Below, in pieces: positions 39,818 to 49,143 of a stretch of 64,000 nucleotides of DNA. Location: NCBI GenBank assembly GCA_049968255.1, contig JBMFRB010000003.1, positions 332,477 to 396,476 on the forward strand, written 5' to 3'. The DNA comes from Candidatus Sumerlaeaceae bacterium. GTDB taxonomy: Bacteria > Sumerlaeota > Sumerlaeia > Sumerlaeales > Sumerlaeaceae. Positions within the stretch are counted from its first letter, which is position 1; every line of letters begins with the position of its first letter. Both the position numbers and the translations under genes were made by a program. Under the pieces are notes generated by a model that did not search any database, had not been told where the DNA came from, and worked only from the letters and a program-made list of their open reading frames with translations.

Positions 39818-40588
39818 TTATGGACGAAGTCCGAACTCTGATTCCACGCCGGCGATCCCAAAGAAGTAGATGATGTCGTCGCGGTTGTTGACCCCTGCCA
39901 GAGTCTCAGGCACGCCGTCTCGCCCGTAGCTCACCACCGCGTAGCGCTGAAAGTTTCGATCGTCACTCGATGTCAAGGCACCGTCGCTGAACGAGTACGA
40001 AAGGTTTGTAATATTGAGGTTCAGCGCGTTCGTGCCGATGATCCCTAATGGGGAATAGAAGCGATACGGCTGGCCCCACGGATCGAGGGGGAAGTCGAGT
40101 CGCACTTCCGTCGTGTCGATGAAATTGATATCCTTCGGATCCTGGTTGCCTGTGTAAACGCGATGGTAACTAATGAAGGGACCCCCCCAGTGATCAATCA
40201 TATCACGGATGCGAGGGTTGGGGCTTGTTGAGCTCAGCCGCAGCTGATTTCCCTGCTGATCCTGGGGACGAATCAACGGGTTGATGACAAAGAGTTGACC
40301 GCCGGGCTCGTTGCGAATTGTGTCGCCTTGAATGGTGAGGTTCTTAGGATGGGGTAAATCCGAGAGTACCTGGAATGGCACGTAAAAGCCATGAATCATC
40401 GCACACTGTTCCTCAGCCATGGCAATTTCGCGGCATTCTGCCATGGCCAGCCGAACACGCGCATCCTCCATCCGGTTGATGTAGACTGGGACCGCAATGC
40501 TCGAGAGCAAGCCAATGATGAGCATCACGACCAGCAGCTCCGTGAGAGTTAGTCCTCGATTATCTTTCGTATGCCTGTGCCACCACAT
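39818..40588 (-). CDS. GspG-like pseudopilin paralog
   Basis: RG|LTLTELL, WGGPFI, LDPWGQPY, SYGRDG, DDIIYFF. Confidence 0.85.
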   Translation of the reverse strand: MWWHRHTKDNRGLTLTELLVVMLIIGLLSSIAVPVYINRMEDARVRLAMAECREIAMAEEQCAMIHGFYVPFQVLSDLPHPKNLTIQGDTIRNEPGGQLFVINPLIRPQDQQGNQLRLSSTSPNPRIRDMIDHWGGPFISYHRVYTGNQDPKDINFIDTTEVRLDFPLDPWGQPYRFYSPLGIIGTNALNLNITNLSYSFSDGALTSSDDRNFQRYAVVSYGRDGVPETLAGVNNRDDIIYFFGIAGVESEFGLRP

Positions 40589-40611
40589 AGTTATAAAACT
40601 CTCCTTTTCGC

Positions 40612-41343
40612 CTAAAATTGGCGATACAAGTCGTCGCCCTGTCCAAAGAATGGTTCTGCACTTCCGGAACCGTTGCCGGGTACCCCATTCGGTCCGAGGC
40701 TCAAAATTGTGGGGCGATCAAAACGCAGAGTCGTGTAAGAGTTGCCATCCTGCCCCACGAAGGTGGTCGAGATCACTCCGTCGCGGTCGTTGACTAGACC
40801 CTCTTTTGTGAAGAAAAGGTATGGGTGGCCCCACGGATCCAGCGGTAGACCGGCAGGTTGCCCCGCAACAGGATTTTTCAGACCTGATTTACGCGCCACG
40901 TTTACGTAGGGGCCGTTCCAGTTGAAAGCCGTCTCGTTCTGCGCCATTCGGTCAAAAATTCCAACACCGCCTGGCACGAACGTCCCATTCTTCGTGTCAA
41001 TAAAGAGCAGCTTCGGATTCGCCACATCAGTGCGTAGCCCTTCATCGCGGATTCCATCCACGCGATCCGTTGTCAAACTCGACGAGGGAATACCGTCGCC
41101 ACCACTGACGTCGTCGAGGACATAGAGCCGATAGAAATACCCCGTATCGATCGCCGCGTGTTGCTGGGCTGTTTGCAAGGCCTCGAGGTCTTGCTGGCAT
41201 GCACTTAGTCGCGCCTCATCCGCACGCGTCACGTAAACAGGGATGATAATTGCCACCAAAATCCCGATGATGATCACCGATATGATGAGCTCAATGATGG
41301 TGAACCCACCGTTACTAAACCTATGAGCGTTCCATTTTCGCAT
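40612..41343 (-). CDS. GspG-like pseudopilin paralog
   Basis: GG|FTIIELI, WNGPYV, LDPWGHPY, SLGPNG, GDDLYRQF. Confidence 0.85.
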   Translation of the reverse strand: MRKWNAHRFSNGGFTIIELIISVIIIGILVAIIIPVYVTRADEARLSACQQDLEALQTAQQHAAIDTGYFYRLYVLDDVSGGDGIPSSSLTTDRVDGIRDEGLRTDVANPKLLFIDTKNGTFVPGGVGIFDRMAQNETAFNWNGPYVNVARKSGLKNPVAGQPAGLPLDPWGHPYLFFTKEGLVNDRDGVISTTFVGQDGNSYTTLRFDRPTILSLGPNGVPGNGSGSAEPFFGQGDDLYRQF

Positions 41344-42146
41344 TAGAATCTCACCTCGAGATCGTCGCCCGTGCCCAACACATCATCGTTGGGGTCATTG
41401 ATGTTTGCACCTTCCCGCACCAGGTTCTGGCGGATGAATGCCTGACCGTTTCCTGGCAATCCATCGGGACCCAGGGAAAAGATAGAACAATAATTGTAAT
41501 TCGACTCATTGAGAGGTGGGAAAAAGAGGTAAGGGTTGCCCCACGGGTCGACGGGAATTCGGTTCTTGTCGCTGTCGTAAAGATTTGCGTTGCCACCCCC
41601 GAATCCGCCCAGAGGGATATCGCGAATAGGGGAGTATTGCCCCCCATTCACGGTTCGCAACAGCGGCGAACCGCTTGCGCGCAGCTCCCCGTAGGTGATT
41701 GTGCGGTTCATTGTCACATACGGTCCCTTCCATTTTGGGCTTGCTGTTGTTCCTGCCAGTGCATACCACTCCTGCAACGTCAGGTTGCGTGGCGAGCGAT
41801 TATCAGCGCCCGGCACGTAGACCAACGGCGGGGTTTCAATTGTCACGCCACTCCAGCCGGCCGGCAAGGGGTTCGGCGCGTTGTTGATCACGTTGTCAAG
41901 ATCCTCAAGGCGGAAATAGAACCCCGTGTCGGCGTGCGCCATGATTTCTGCTTTCATGAGGCTCGTCAGATCAGCTTGCGCAGCGGCAATTTTTGCTTCC
42001 TCCACGCGGTTACGAAACAGCGGGATCACCATGAGGGCGAAGATCGCGATGACCGTCGCCACCATAGCGATTTCCATCGCCGTGAAACCTCGCTCGCTCT
42101 GCCGGAGCTGCCACCTGTTCATTTTTGGCATCCAGTGTCGTTTCAT
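41343..42146 (-). CDS. GspG-like pseudopilin paralog
   Basis: RG|FTAMEIA, WKGPYV, VDPWGNPY, SLGPDG, GDDLEVRF; start uncertain (42146/42122). Confidence 0.85.
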   Translation of the reverse strand: MKRHWMPKMNRWQLRQSERGFTAMEIAMVATVIAIFALMVIPLFRNRVEEAKIAAAQADLTSLMKAEIMAHADTGFYFRLEDLDNVINNAPNPLPAGWSGVTIETPPLVYVPGADNRSPRNLTLQEWYALAGTTASPKWKGPYVTMNRTITYGELRASGSPLLRTVNGGQYSPIRDIPLGGFGGGNANLYDSDKNRIPVDPWGNPYLFFPPLNESNYNYCSIFSLGPDGLPGNGQAFIRQNLVREGANINDPNDDVLGTGDDLEVRF

Positions 42147-42171
42147 GAGACTTGTCTCGTTCCTTCCGAAC

Positions 42172-43002
42172 TCAAAACTCCACATAACGATCGTCCGATC
42201 CCGTTTCGCGAATCCGTGGCCCTAGCGTGTCCACTGCCCCTGCCAAAGGATCGATGAGAATCATGTTCAGTCGACCGTTTGGCGTGTTGTAGGGATTCGC
42301 TGCCGATGTTGGGTCGGGGCCAGCCTGAAGAAGTTGGAACACCTTTGGATTTCCCGTATCATTATAGAGACGGTAGGCTTTTCGCTGATTGACTGCAGCC
42401 GGATCGGGCATGTCGCCCAGACCCGGCACACGGTTACGACCGTAGCTTACAATTCCCGCAAACTCATTTGGCTTTTCGCCGGCGCTCCAGATGAAGCGGT
42501 GGCGAATGGGATTACCGCCCGATGGCGGGTCCGTCGTCACAAAATAGGCCACGTAGGGATTGCCGAAAGGATCCGCCGGCCAGTCGAACTCACGCGTGAT
42601 CGAGTTGCTCACAAACTGCATTTTTACCGTGCGGTCCTGCGAAAACGCGGCGTAAGGCCCTTTCCACTGCTTGAAAAGCCGCGCCTGGAGGTCCCCTACG
42701 GGAAGTGAGTGATACTCGAGTGCGTCAAAGGCCATCCCCGTGAGCACGGAAACGAGATTGGTCGAGTTGAAGCGCAAAAAGCACATTTTTGGGAAAAAGC
42801 CCATGTCCTGCTGTGCAAAGGACATCGCTGTGGCAATCTGGCGGCATTCGGCCACCGAGGCTTTCTGCTTGTTCAGCGTGTACTGCGTTTCGATGCTGAA
42901 GATGAAGAGGCCGGAAAACAACGCGATGAGCGCTGCCACAATGAGCATTTCCGCAAGCGTGAAGCCCTTTCGTGAGTAGCGCCCTGTCGAGTGTCCCCGC
43001 AT
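42172..43002 (-). CDS. GspG-like pseudopilin paralog
   Basis: KG|FTLAEML, WKGPYA, ADPFGNPY, SYGRN, SDDRYVEF. Confidence 0.83.
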   Translation of the reverse strand: MRGHSTGRYSRKGFTLAEMLIVAALIALFSGLFIFSIETQYTLNKQKASVAECRQIATAMSFAQQDMGFFPKMCFLRFNSTNLVSVLTGMAFDALEYHSLPVGDLQARLFKQWKGPYAAFSQDRTVKMQFVSNSITREFDWPADPFGNPYVAYFVTTDPPSGGNPIRHRFIWSAGEKPNEFAGIVSYGRNRVPGLGDMPDPAAVNQRKAYRLYNDTGNPKVFQLLQAGPDPTSAANPYNTPNGRLNMILIDPLAGAVDTLGPRIRETGSDDRYVEF

Positions 43003-43184
43003 TATCTTTCTCTGAATCCTTTCTCGCCTCGAACCTACTGATATGACGCTTGCCTCGTGCGTGTCAACTTGGCCTTCGTCCTGCTTCGGCACGTGTGTGC
43101 AAGGTGCAACCCGCACCACCCCTCGCGCCGCCGAAGACACAGCACACCGGCCCGCTGACGTCGCACTATTCACATTGGCCTTTT

Positions 43185-45365
43185 TCACCACGAATTCTCC
43201 GCGAAGTGAATGATGCTACAGGGGCGAAAATCAAGTCCAAGAATCCAGTAACACCTTACCTGGGGCAACCACGCCGACTTTTTCTCACTGCTCACCTTGG
43301 AGGGTGTCTGGCTAACGACCTCAAATGCCAGACTTCCTACGCAAACCTGGTCCAAGAGTTTCGAAAGGGCCGCCGCCGCACTTGTGTCGAATATGCCTTG
43401 CGCAGCAACAAGGTTGGCAAAATCGCTCAACCGCGCAAATGGCACAAGCCCAGCTTGATAGTAGCCTTGGCGATAATTTTTAAAATTGCTCACAAATTGC
43501 GGCGTGATGAGCTCGACCCCACCACTGCTTCCGTCCAGCCCCCAAAGCGCTTCAGGAACACATGTGTTGACGTTGAGTTTGCCGTACGAGTGGAGGAGAG
43601 TCGAGTTTGGATAATCACCGGCGCCGCGCACCGCGGATCGCGTGGCGAATATGTCCACAAGCCGCGCATCTAGATTCGTCGCGTCCGTTTGCTCAAGTTT
43701 TCCCCCCGATCGCTGCTGCCGGCCGATTTCTGGAAGCTGCGCCAAATGGGGAACAAAACGCTTTACGCTGCTGTTTCCACTCAATCCTACGTACGAGGTC
43801 GGAATGAGGAAAAGATGACCCAGTCCAAATTCCTTCCCTGACCGGACATCGCGCCGCAGCGCCTCAATGCTTCGGAGCAATTCCCGCGCTGGGGCCGTGC
43901 GATCTGCTGCGTACTGATCAAACGGCGTGGCCTCCGCCACAATGAACGCTCGCACCGTCGGATCGACCCGCTGGTAACTCTCACGGCTATCTGCTTTCGC
44001 GCGATCTGTGTAGCTAAAAATATCAATGAGCTGCCCGCGCTCGTTCACCAGGGTGACGAACGAGTTCTTGTTGGGCAGCTCCAACGCCGCCGACTGGATG
44101 ACACGCCGGTTCGTTTCATCCCCTTTTCGGCCAAAAATCGCGAGAAAGCAGCCCGTGCCCGGCTCGCTTTGCGGTGCAGGCACATCATACTGATCAGTAA
44201 CGATGAGGTAACCGTTGGGAGCAATCTGCCCTGTCAGCGCTATCATGGCCGAGCCGAGTAAGCCGTTGGCTCCGCCACTCACAACGAGTCGCCAGCCCTC
44301 CACAGAGACCGGCTCGGCCCAAGGATTGTAGAGTTCCACAAACTGGCCCTCATCACTACCACGCGTGACAGAATCGGGATACACTTCCGTGATGAAGGGT
44401 GTGCGTTCGATGCCGAGCAAATCATTCCAAGGCTCCGGGTGCTTCGGGTCGGAAAGCCGAGAGGGGACGTCATCGTCGTCGAGCACATCTGCAAGATTCA
44501 CAGCATATTGTCGCAAAAGCCGGTCTTCCTTATCAGGAAAAGCAGCCGCCAGCACAGCATAAGCTTTTTCGGCCGTGAGATCTTTGAGCGAAATTTTCTC
44601 CGCGATGGCGGGAGGCGTGCTTTTCCCGACGACCGCGCCTGCCCCCACGTTCTGACTCTCACTTGCCATAGAGAAAACCGTGACGTAGGGCGCGAGCTTC
44701 GCCACTTCGTCACGTGTGAAAAGTAGCGGGTTGTCACTCGTCGCGACGAGTTGTTCGATGTGCTCGATCCGTCGGAATCCCGGCGGAGGAGCAACCCTGA
44801 GATCGAGGCACGCTGTTGTGGCCCAATCCTGAAATGCGCCGCGCCACTGGAGCATGGCCTGGGCTCGGGTAAGCGCCGTGCCGTTCGCCATGTCTTGCGG
44901 CATCACGGCCAGCAAGAAGCGCGCAAAAACATTTGCGTCGCGCACGGCGTTGAGGTTCAGTCTACCCGACAGGTCGCTAATTTGCAGGTCATAAGGACGC
45001 GGCACGGCGTCATCGGCACGCCCACCTCGCTTCACCCGGACTGTTCTCGACTGTTTGGGGGCGCGGCCCTCTTTCGTCACCATACGAGCCTGCGCCCACG
45101 GTTGAAGCAGGTGGGTGACTGAAGTGGCACCTTCCAGATATCCCAGAGCCTCCGACAACGTCCCCCGCACCGCAATCGAGGTGCTGATCACTTGCGCAGA
45201 GTTCTGGCTCGAGGCAAGCTCCATCCGCACCGACACAGACAACGCGGCCGCAATCAGGCCCAGGAGAGCCAACAGTGCAAGAACCACGAGAAGCGTGGAC
45301 CCACGGGAGGTCCCTCCTCTCGTGTGTGGCAAGTGCCCCAATATGAGCGTCCAGCGTCTACGCAA
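43185..45365 (-). CDS. GspK/PilX-like minor pseudopilin with inserted lamin-tail domain
   Basis: RG|STLLVVL (no Glu5), DLSGRLNLN, LAPYVTVFS; LTD (PFITEVYPD, FVELYNP...VEGWRL, IAPNGYLIV); GKLNVNT, PFARLSDF. Confidence 0.78.
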   Translation of the reverse strand: MRRRWTLILGHLPHTRGGTSRGSTLLVVLALLALLGLIAAALSVSVRMELASSQNSAQVISTSIAVRGTLSEALGYLEGATSVTHLLQPWAQARMVTKEGRAPKQSRTVRVKRGGRADDAVPRPYDLQISDLSGRLNLNAVRDANVFARFLLAVMPQDMANGTALTRAQAMLQWRGAFQDWATTACLDLRVAPPPGFRRIEHIEQLVATSDNPLLFTRDEVAKLAPYVTVFSMASESQNVGAGAVVGKSTPPAIAEKISLKDLTAEKAYAVLAAAFPDKEDRLLRQYAVNLADVLDDDDVPSRLSDPKHPEPWNDLLGIERTPFITEVYPDSVTRGSDEGQFVELYNPWAEPVSVEGWRLVVSGGANGLLGSAMIALTGQIAPNGYLIVTDQYDVPAPQSEPGTGCFLAIFGRKGDETNRRVIQSAALELPNKNSFVTLVNERGQLIDIFSYTDRAKADSRESYQRVDPTVRAFIVAEATPFDQYAADRTAPARELLRSIEALRRDVRSGKEFGLGHLFLIPTSYVGLSGNSSVKRFVPHLAQLPEIGRQQRSGGKLEQTDATNLDARLVDIFATRSAVRGAGDYPNSTLLHSYGKLNVNTCVPEALWGLDGSSGGVELITPQFVSNFKNYRQGYYQAGLVPFARLSDFANLVAAQGIFDTSAAAALSKLLDQVCVGSLAFEVVSQTPSKVSSEKKSAWLPQVRCYWILGLDFRPCSIIHFAENSW

Positions 45366-45608
45366 ACTTGATTACCAGCCTCGCGAATCCAATGCCCAGT
45401 CTATAGCAACCTCAGCGAGTTGTAAACTTGGCCCCGAAAAAAGTTGTTCCTCTGACCAAGGCCGCGAAATGCATTTTCCGCAAAGCACCAAACGCAAATG
45501 CAACGAAATAAGCGGCCTCGGCTCCCCCCCATCATGAGGCTGTGTCACTCATCAACATTTTCCGCCCCTGGACTGTACGCTTTTTTGAGTAACCTTTGAG
45601 TAACCTTG

Positions 45609-46778
45609 ATGATTGACCTTGGTCGCCATATCCCACGCGGAGCGCGTATCCTCGTCGCAATGAGTGGCGGCGTGGACAGTTCGCTTACTGCTGCGCTGCT
45701 TCAACGCGCCGGTTTCGAGTGTGTGGGCGTGAACATGCGCACGCACTCACTCGAACCTCTGGACACAAGCCCCCGCAAGTTTCAAACGTGCTGCTCGCCA
45801 GAGGACGCGCGCGATGCTCGGGCCGTCGCCGATGTGGCACGAATTCCTTTCTATGTGCTCGATCTAGAGCGCGAGTTCGAGCAGGCGGTGATTGAACCAT
45901 TCATTCGCGACTATGCAAGCGGCCGCACGCCCAATCCTTGCGTACTCTGCAACAACTCCCTCAAGCTTGGCGTGTTGCTGCAGAAAGCTGCAGGTTGGGG
46001 GTGCGACTATGTGGCAACGGGCCATTACGTGCGCGTTGTGGAAAATCCCGCTTCAGGGCGAATGGAGCTGCGGCGCGCCGCCGACCGTGCGAAAGACCAG
46101 TCCTATTACCTCTTTGGGCTACGGCAGGAACAGCTCCGCAGGCTCATTTGTCCGCTGGGAAGCCTGACCAAGCCGCAGGTCCGCGAACTGGCCCGCGAGC
46201 TGGGACTGCCTGTCCATGATAAGCCCGACAGTCAGGAGATATGCTTCGTCCCTGGAGGGGATTATCGCCAATTTCTTCGCAAACGCGGCGTGGAAGCTGC
46301 GTTTCGCCCTGGGCTCATCGTTAGGCGCGATGGCACTGTGCTGGGCCAGCACGAGGGGATTGCTAACTACACCATCGGGCAACGCCGCGGCCTCCGAGTC
46401 ACCTACCCGGAGCCACTCTACGTGATCGAGCTCGATCCGGTGCGAAATCTCGTTGTCGTAGGCACTGCCGAAGAAGCATTTCAGAGTGAACTTCTTTGCG
46501 GCGGATTGAACTGGGTTGCCATGGAAGAGCCGGAAAAGGCCTTCCCTGCCCAGGCCCAAATTCGCTACCGGACCCGCCCCGCAGAAGCGATCGTCGACCC
46601 CCCACTCGCAGGCTGTTGCCGCGTTCGTTTTGCACATCCTCAGCGCGCAATCACACCAGGGCAGGCAGTGGTCTTCTATCGCGACGACGTCGTGCTGGGC
46701 GGGGGGTGGATCGAGACCACCGGCTTACCATCGCCATTCAGTGTTGCCACACGCGTGGCCCAGGAGGGAAATCTGTGA
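45609..46778 (+). CDS. mnmA: tRNA 2-thiouridylase
   Basis: AMSGGVDS, TPNPCVLCN, ATGHY, KDQSY, DSQEICF, TIGQRRG, ITPGQ. Confidence 0.97.
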   Translation: MIDLGRHIPRGARILVAMSGGVDSSLTAALLQRAGFECVGVNMRTHSLEPLDTSPRKFQTCCSPEDARDARAVADVARIPFYVLDLEREFEQAVIEPFIRDYASGRTPNPCVLCNNSLKLGVLLQKAAGWGCDYVATGHYVRVVENPASGRMELRRAADRAKDQSYYLFGLRQEQLRRLICPLGSLTKPQVRELARELGLPVHDKPDSQEICFVPGGDYRQFLRKRGVEAAFRPGLIVRRDGTVLGQHEGIANYTIGQRRGLRVTYPEPLYVIELDPVRNLVVVGTAEEAFQSELLCGGLNWVAMEEPEKAFPAQAQIRYRTRPAEAIVDPPLAGCCRVRFAHPQRAITPGQAVVFYRDDVVLGGGWIETTGLPSPFSVATRVAQEGNL

Positions 46779-47602
46779 TCAAGTGCGACTGCGAGCAACG
46801 CCCCCACTGCACATGCGAGAAAGGGATCGTCTGTGCGAAGAATCTCGGATTTCGTCGTAACGGTAACGTTGTGCTCCGCGGCATTACGTTTTGTCTCGAC
46901 GAAGGTGTGTTTCTTGGCCTCATTGGTCCAAACGGTGGCGGCAAAACCACTCTGCTTGAGCTCATCGTCGGTCTTCTCACCCCAACGGAGGGCTCTTTGG
47001 AAGTTTTCAAAATGCCGCCAACACAGCTGGGCCCGAAGCGGCAATGGATCGGCTACGTTCCGCAACGTCATCAGATTGATCCACGTTTCCCTGTCACCGC
47101 GCTCGATGTCGTTCTCATGGGAGCAATCCTAAACGTGGGCTTGGCGCGCCCGTATCCACGCGAGCTACGTCAACGCGCGCGCGACTTGCTCGAGCGCGTG
47201 GGCATCGGCGGGTTGGCCGACCGTCCCATCAGCCAGATGTCAGGCGGTCAGCAGCAGCGCGTATTCCTGGCGCGCGCCCTCATCACGCAACCGAAACTGC
47301 TCATCCTCGACGAGCCAACGAGTGGCGTTGATAGCTTGGGCCAGCAGCAGTTCCTTCATTTGGTGCGCAGCCTGCGCGACGAGCTTGGTCTCACCATCCT
47401 CATGGTTTCACATGATGTGGCGCAGCTTGCGTATTACGCGGATCAGATCGCATGCCTCAATCGGACCTTGCATTGGCACGATAAGGCGAGCTTGCTTACT
47501 GAGCACATCGTGCGTGACGTCTATCAGTGCGAACTTGATGCCTATGTCAAGCGGGTGCGGGAGTTCGGCGGTCCCAAAGAAGAAGAAGAAAAAGCTTCCT
47601 AG
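46775..47602 (+). CDS. Zn/Mn ABC transporter ATP-binding protein (ZnuC-like)
   Basis: GPNGGGKTT, IGYVPQR, MSGGQQQRVFLARAL, LDEPT, VSHD, ACLN; GTGA overlap with mnmA. Confidence 0.9.
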   Translation: MIKCDCEQRPHCTCEKGIVCAKNLGFRRNGNVVLRGITFCLDEGVFLGLIGPNGGGKTTLLELIVGLLTPTEGSLEVFKMPPTQLGPKRQWIGYVPQRHQIDPRFPVTALDVVLMGAILNVGLARPYPRELRQRARDLLERVGIGGLADRPISQMSGGQQQRVFLARALITQPKLLILDEPTSGVDSLGQQQFLHLVRSLRDELGLTILMVSHDVAQLAYYADQIACLNRTLHWHDKASLLTEHIVRDVYQCELDAYVKRVREFGGPKEEEEKAS

Positions 47603-47668
47603 CTGGGCGTTCGTACCGATTTACTCCTAGGCAATGCCGCTGCTATTCTATTCGAGGAAGAGTGCCAT

Positions 47669-49012
47669 ATGATGGCGACAACACATCGATCAGCTGCGTT
47701 TCTCTGTGTGATGATGCTTGCACTCAGTGCTGCGTGGGCGCGTTTGCCCGAGGATGGGCTGGCAAAAGCTCAGGAAGCGGAACGGGCGCTCAAAGCAGGC
47801 GACCCGCAACATGCGATTGCACTGCTCGTCGAGCTTGACGCCACCTACCCCAACGAACCAGCCGTGAACCTCCGGTTGGCGGAAATCTATGATCAGCAGG
47901 GACAACCGGGAGCCGCTCTTTACTACTATCGCCGCTACGTGCAGTTGGCTGGCCAAGCAGCACGGGCCACAGCCAAGGAGCGTGTCCAAACACTGGAAAT
48001 GACAGCGGGAGCCCGCGAGGCTGCCGACGTCATTGCCAAGCGACTCGGTCAAAAGGTCAGGGCCGTAAGCACGCCAACACCTGTCGTGCAGCAGGCCATC
48101 GAAAAACTGCTGCCCGATGGGGCTCGCGTGCGCGTGGATTCGCCCGAAGAACTTATGAGCGATAAGGTGAATCCGAAAAAACTTGTGGCTCCGACTCCGG
48201 AAACATCCCAACATCCGCTGGCCAAGGCCGAAGTGATCATTCGCGGATCTGATGAAACAACGGCCCCGTCTGTTTCGTCGCGTCGCACGCCCTCGCCTGT
48301 GTTTACTCCGCCGCCCATTGCCCACCAGTGGCCGGATACCCAAACAGCAAAACCCACCTTAGGACCAAATGAAGAAAACGAGACGCCGCGTACATCCGAA
48401 CCCGTTCCGCAGCCGGTCTCCCCGAATGCTCATGACGAAAAGTCCGACCTAAACCCGCACGCACAAGCCGCTTTGATCCAGCCTAACAAAGTCAGCTCAA
48501 CAAAAACAATACCATCGAGCCAGGACAATCAAGGCGAGGGTCGCAGCTCAAACAGAATAACCATAGAGTTTGCTCCAGCTGAAAGAACCTCATCAGCGAA
48601 GCCAAGAGCAGCCGCGTCAGCGAGTAGCCCTACCAACAGCGCAGAGGAGTCTGCTCCAACAGCGTCACCTTACGTTCGCCTTCCCCTCAGCGATCCAGCT
48701 AAATTTTTCCTTGTCTATCCTAGCGGTGGCGAAAAAGCCCGCCTGAGCCTTGCAAACAGCTTCCGCAATGCCGTGGTGGTTTTTTCCGCTTTGCCCGCGA
48801 CTGGGGGGGAGCCGGTCAATGCTATTGTCGGCCCAGGAGAAACGCGCACTTACGAGGTGACTCCCGGGCGCTATGCCGTCCATACAAAAATCACCGATGA
48901 TAGCTATCCGCCTGTCACGCTGCTTGACACACGTTTCGACTATGAGTTCCAAAGCGGGATGAGTTATGCCCGCCGGTTCAGCGACCGCGAACGCACAGGC
49001 GAGCTGCGCTGA
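47669..49012 (+). CDS. Exported protein with N-terminal TPR, Pro/Ser/Thr-rich linker and small C-terminal beta-domain
   Basis: Signal peptide; YPNEPAVNLRLAEIY...ALYYYRRY TPR; low-complexity middle; GPGETRTYEVTPGRY. Confidence 0.72.
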   Translation: MMATTHRSAAFLCVMMLALSAAWARLPEDGLAKAQEAERALKAGDPQHAIALLVELDATYPNEPAVNLRLAEIYDQQGQPGAALYYYRRYVQLAGQAARATAKERVQTLEMTAGAREAADVIAKRLGQKVRAVSTPTPVVQQAIEKLLPDGARVRVDSPEELMSDKVNPKKLVAPTPETSQHPLAKAEVIIRGSDETTAPSVSSRRTPSPVFTPPPIAHQWPDTQTAKPTLGPNEENETPRTSEPVPQPVSPNAHDEKSDLNPHAQAALIQPNKVSSTKTIPSSQDNQGEGRSSNRITIEFAPAERTSSAKPRAAASASSPTNSAEESAPTASPYVRLPLSDPAKFFLVYPSGGEKARLSLANSFRNAVVVFSALPATGGEPVNAIVGPGETRTYEVTPGRYAVHTKITDDSYPPVTLLDTRFDYEFQSGMSYARRFSDRERTGELR

Positions 49013-49143
49013 ATAGGCCGTTCGTGTGTTATGGTTTTAGAGCCTCGGCCGCCCGTTCAGTCGGGGGGCTCATGCTTCACTTGACTCCGTGTTTCTTGCG
49101 CAGCAAATGCGTCGCGTACCGAAATCGCGATGGGGAGGACACA

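Noticed and set aside
39165-43002. DGR or pilin antigenic-variation cassettes
   Set aside because: No reverse transcriptase, recombinase or near-identical DNA repeats; all five genes are complete with their own N-termini.
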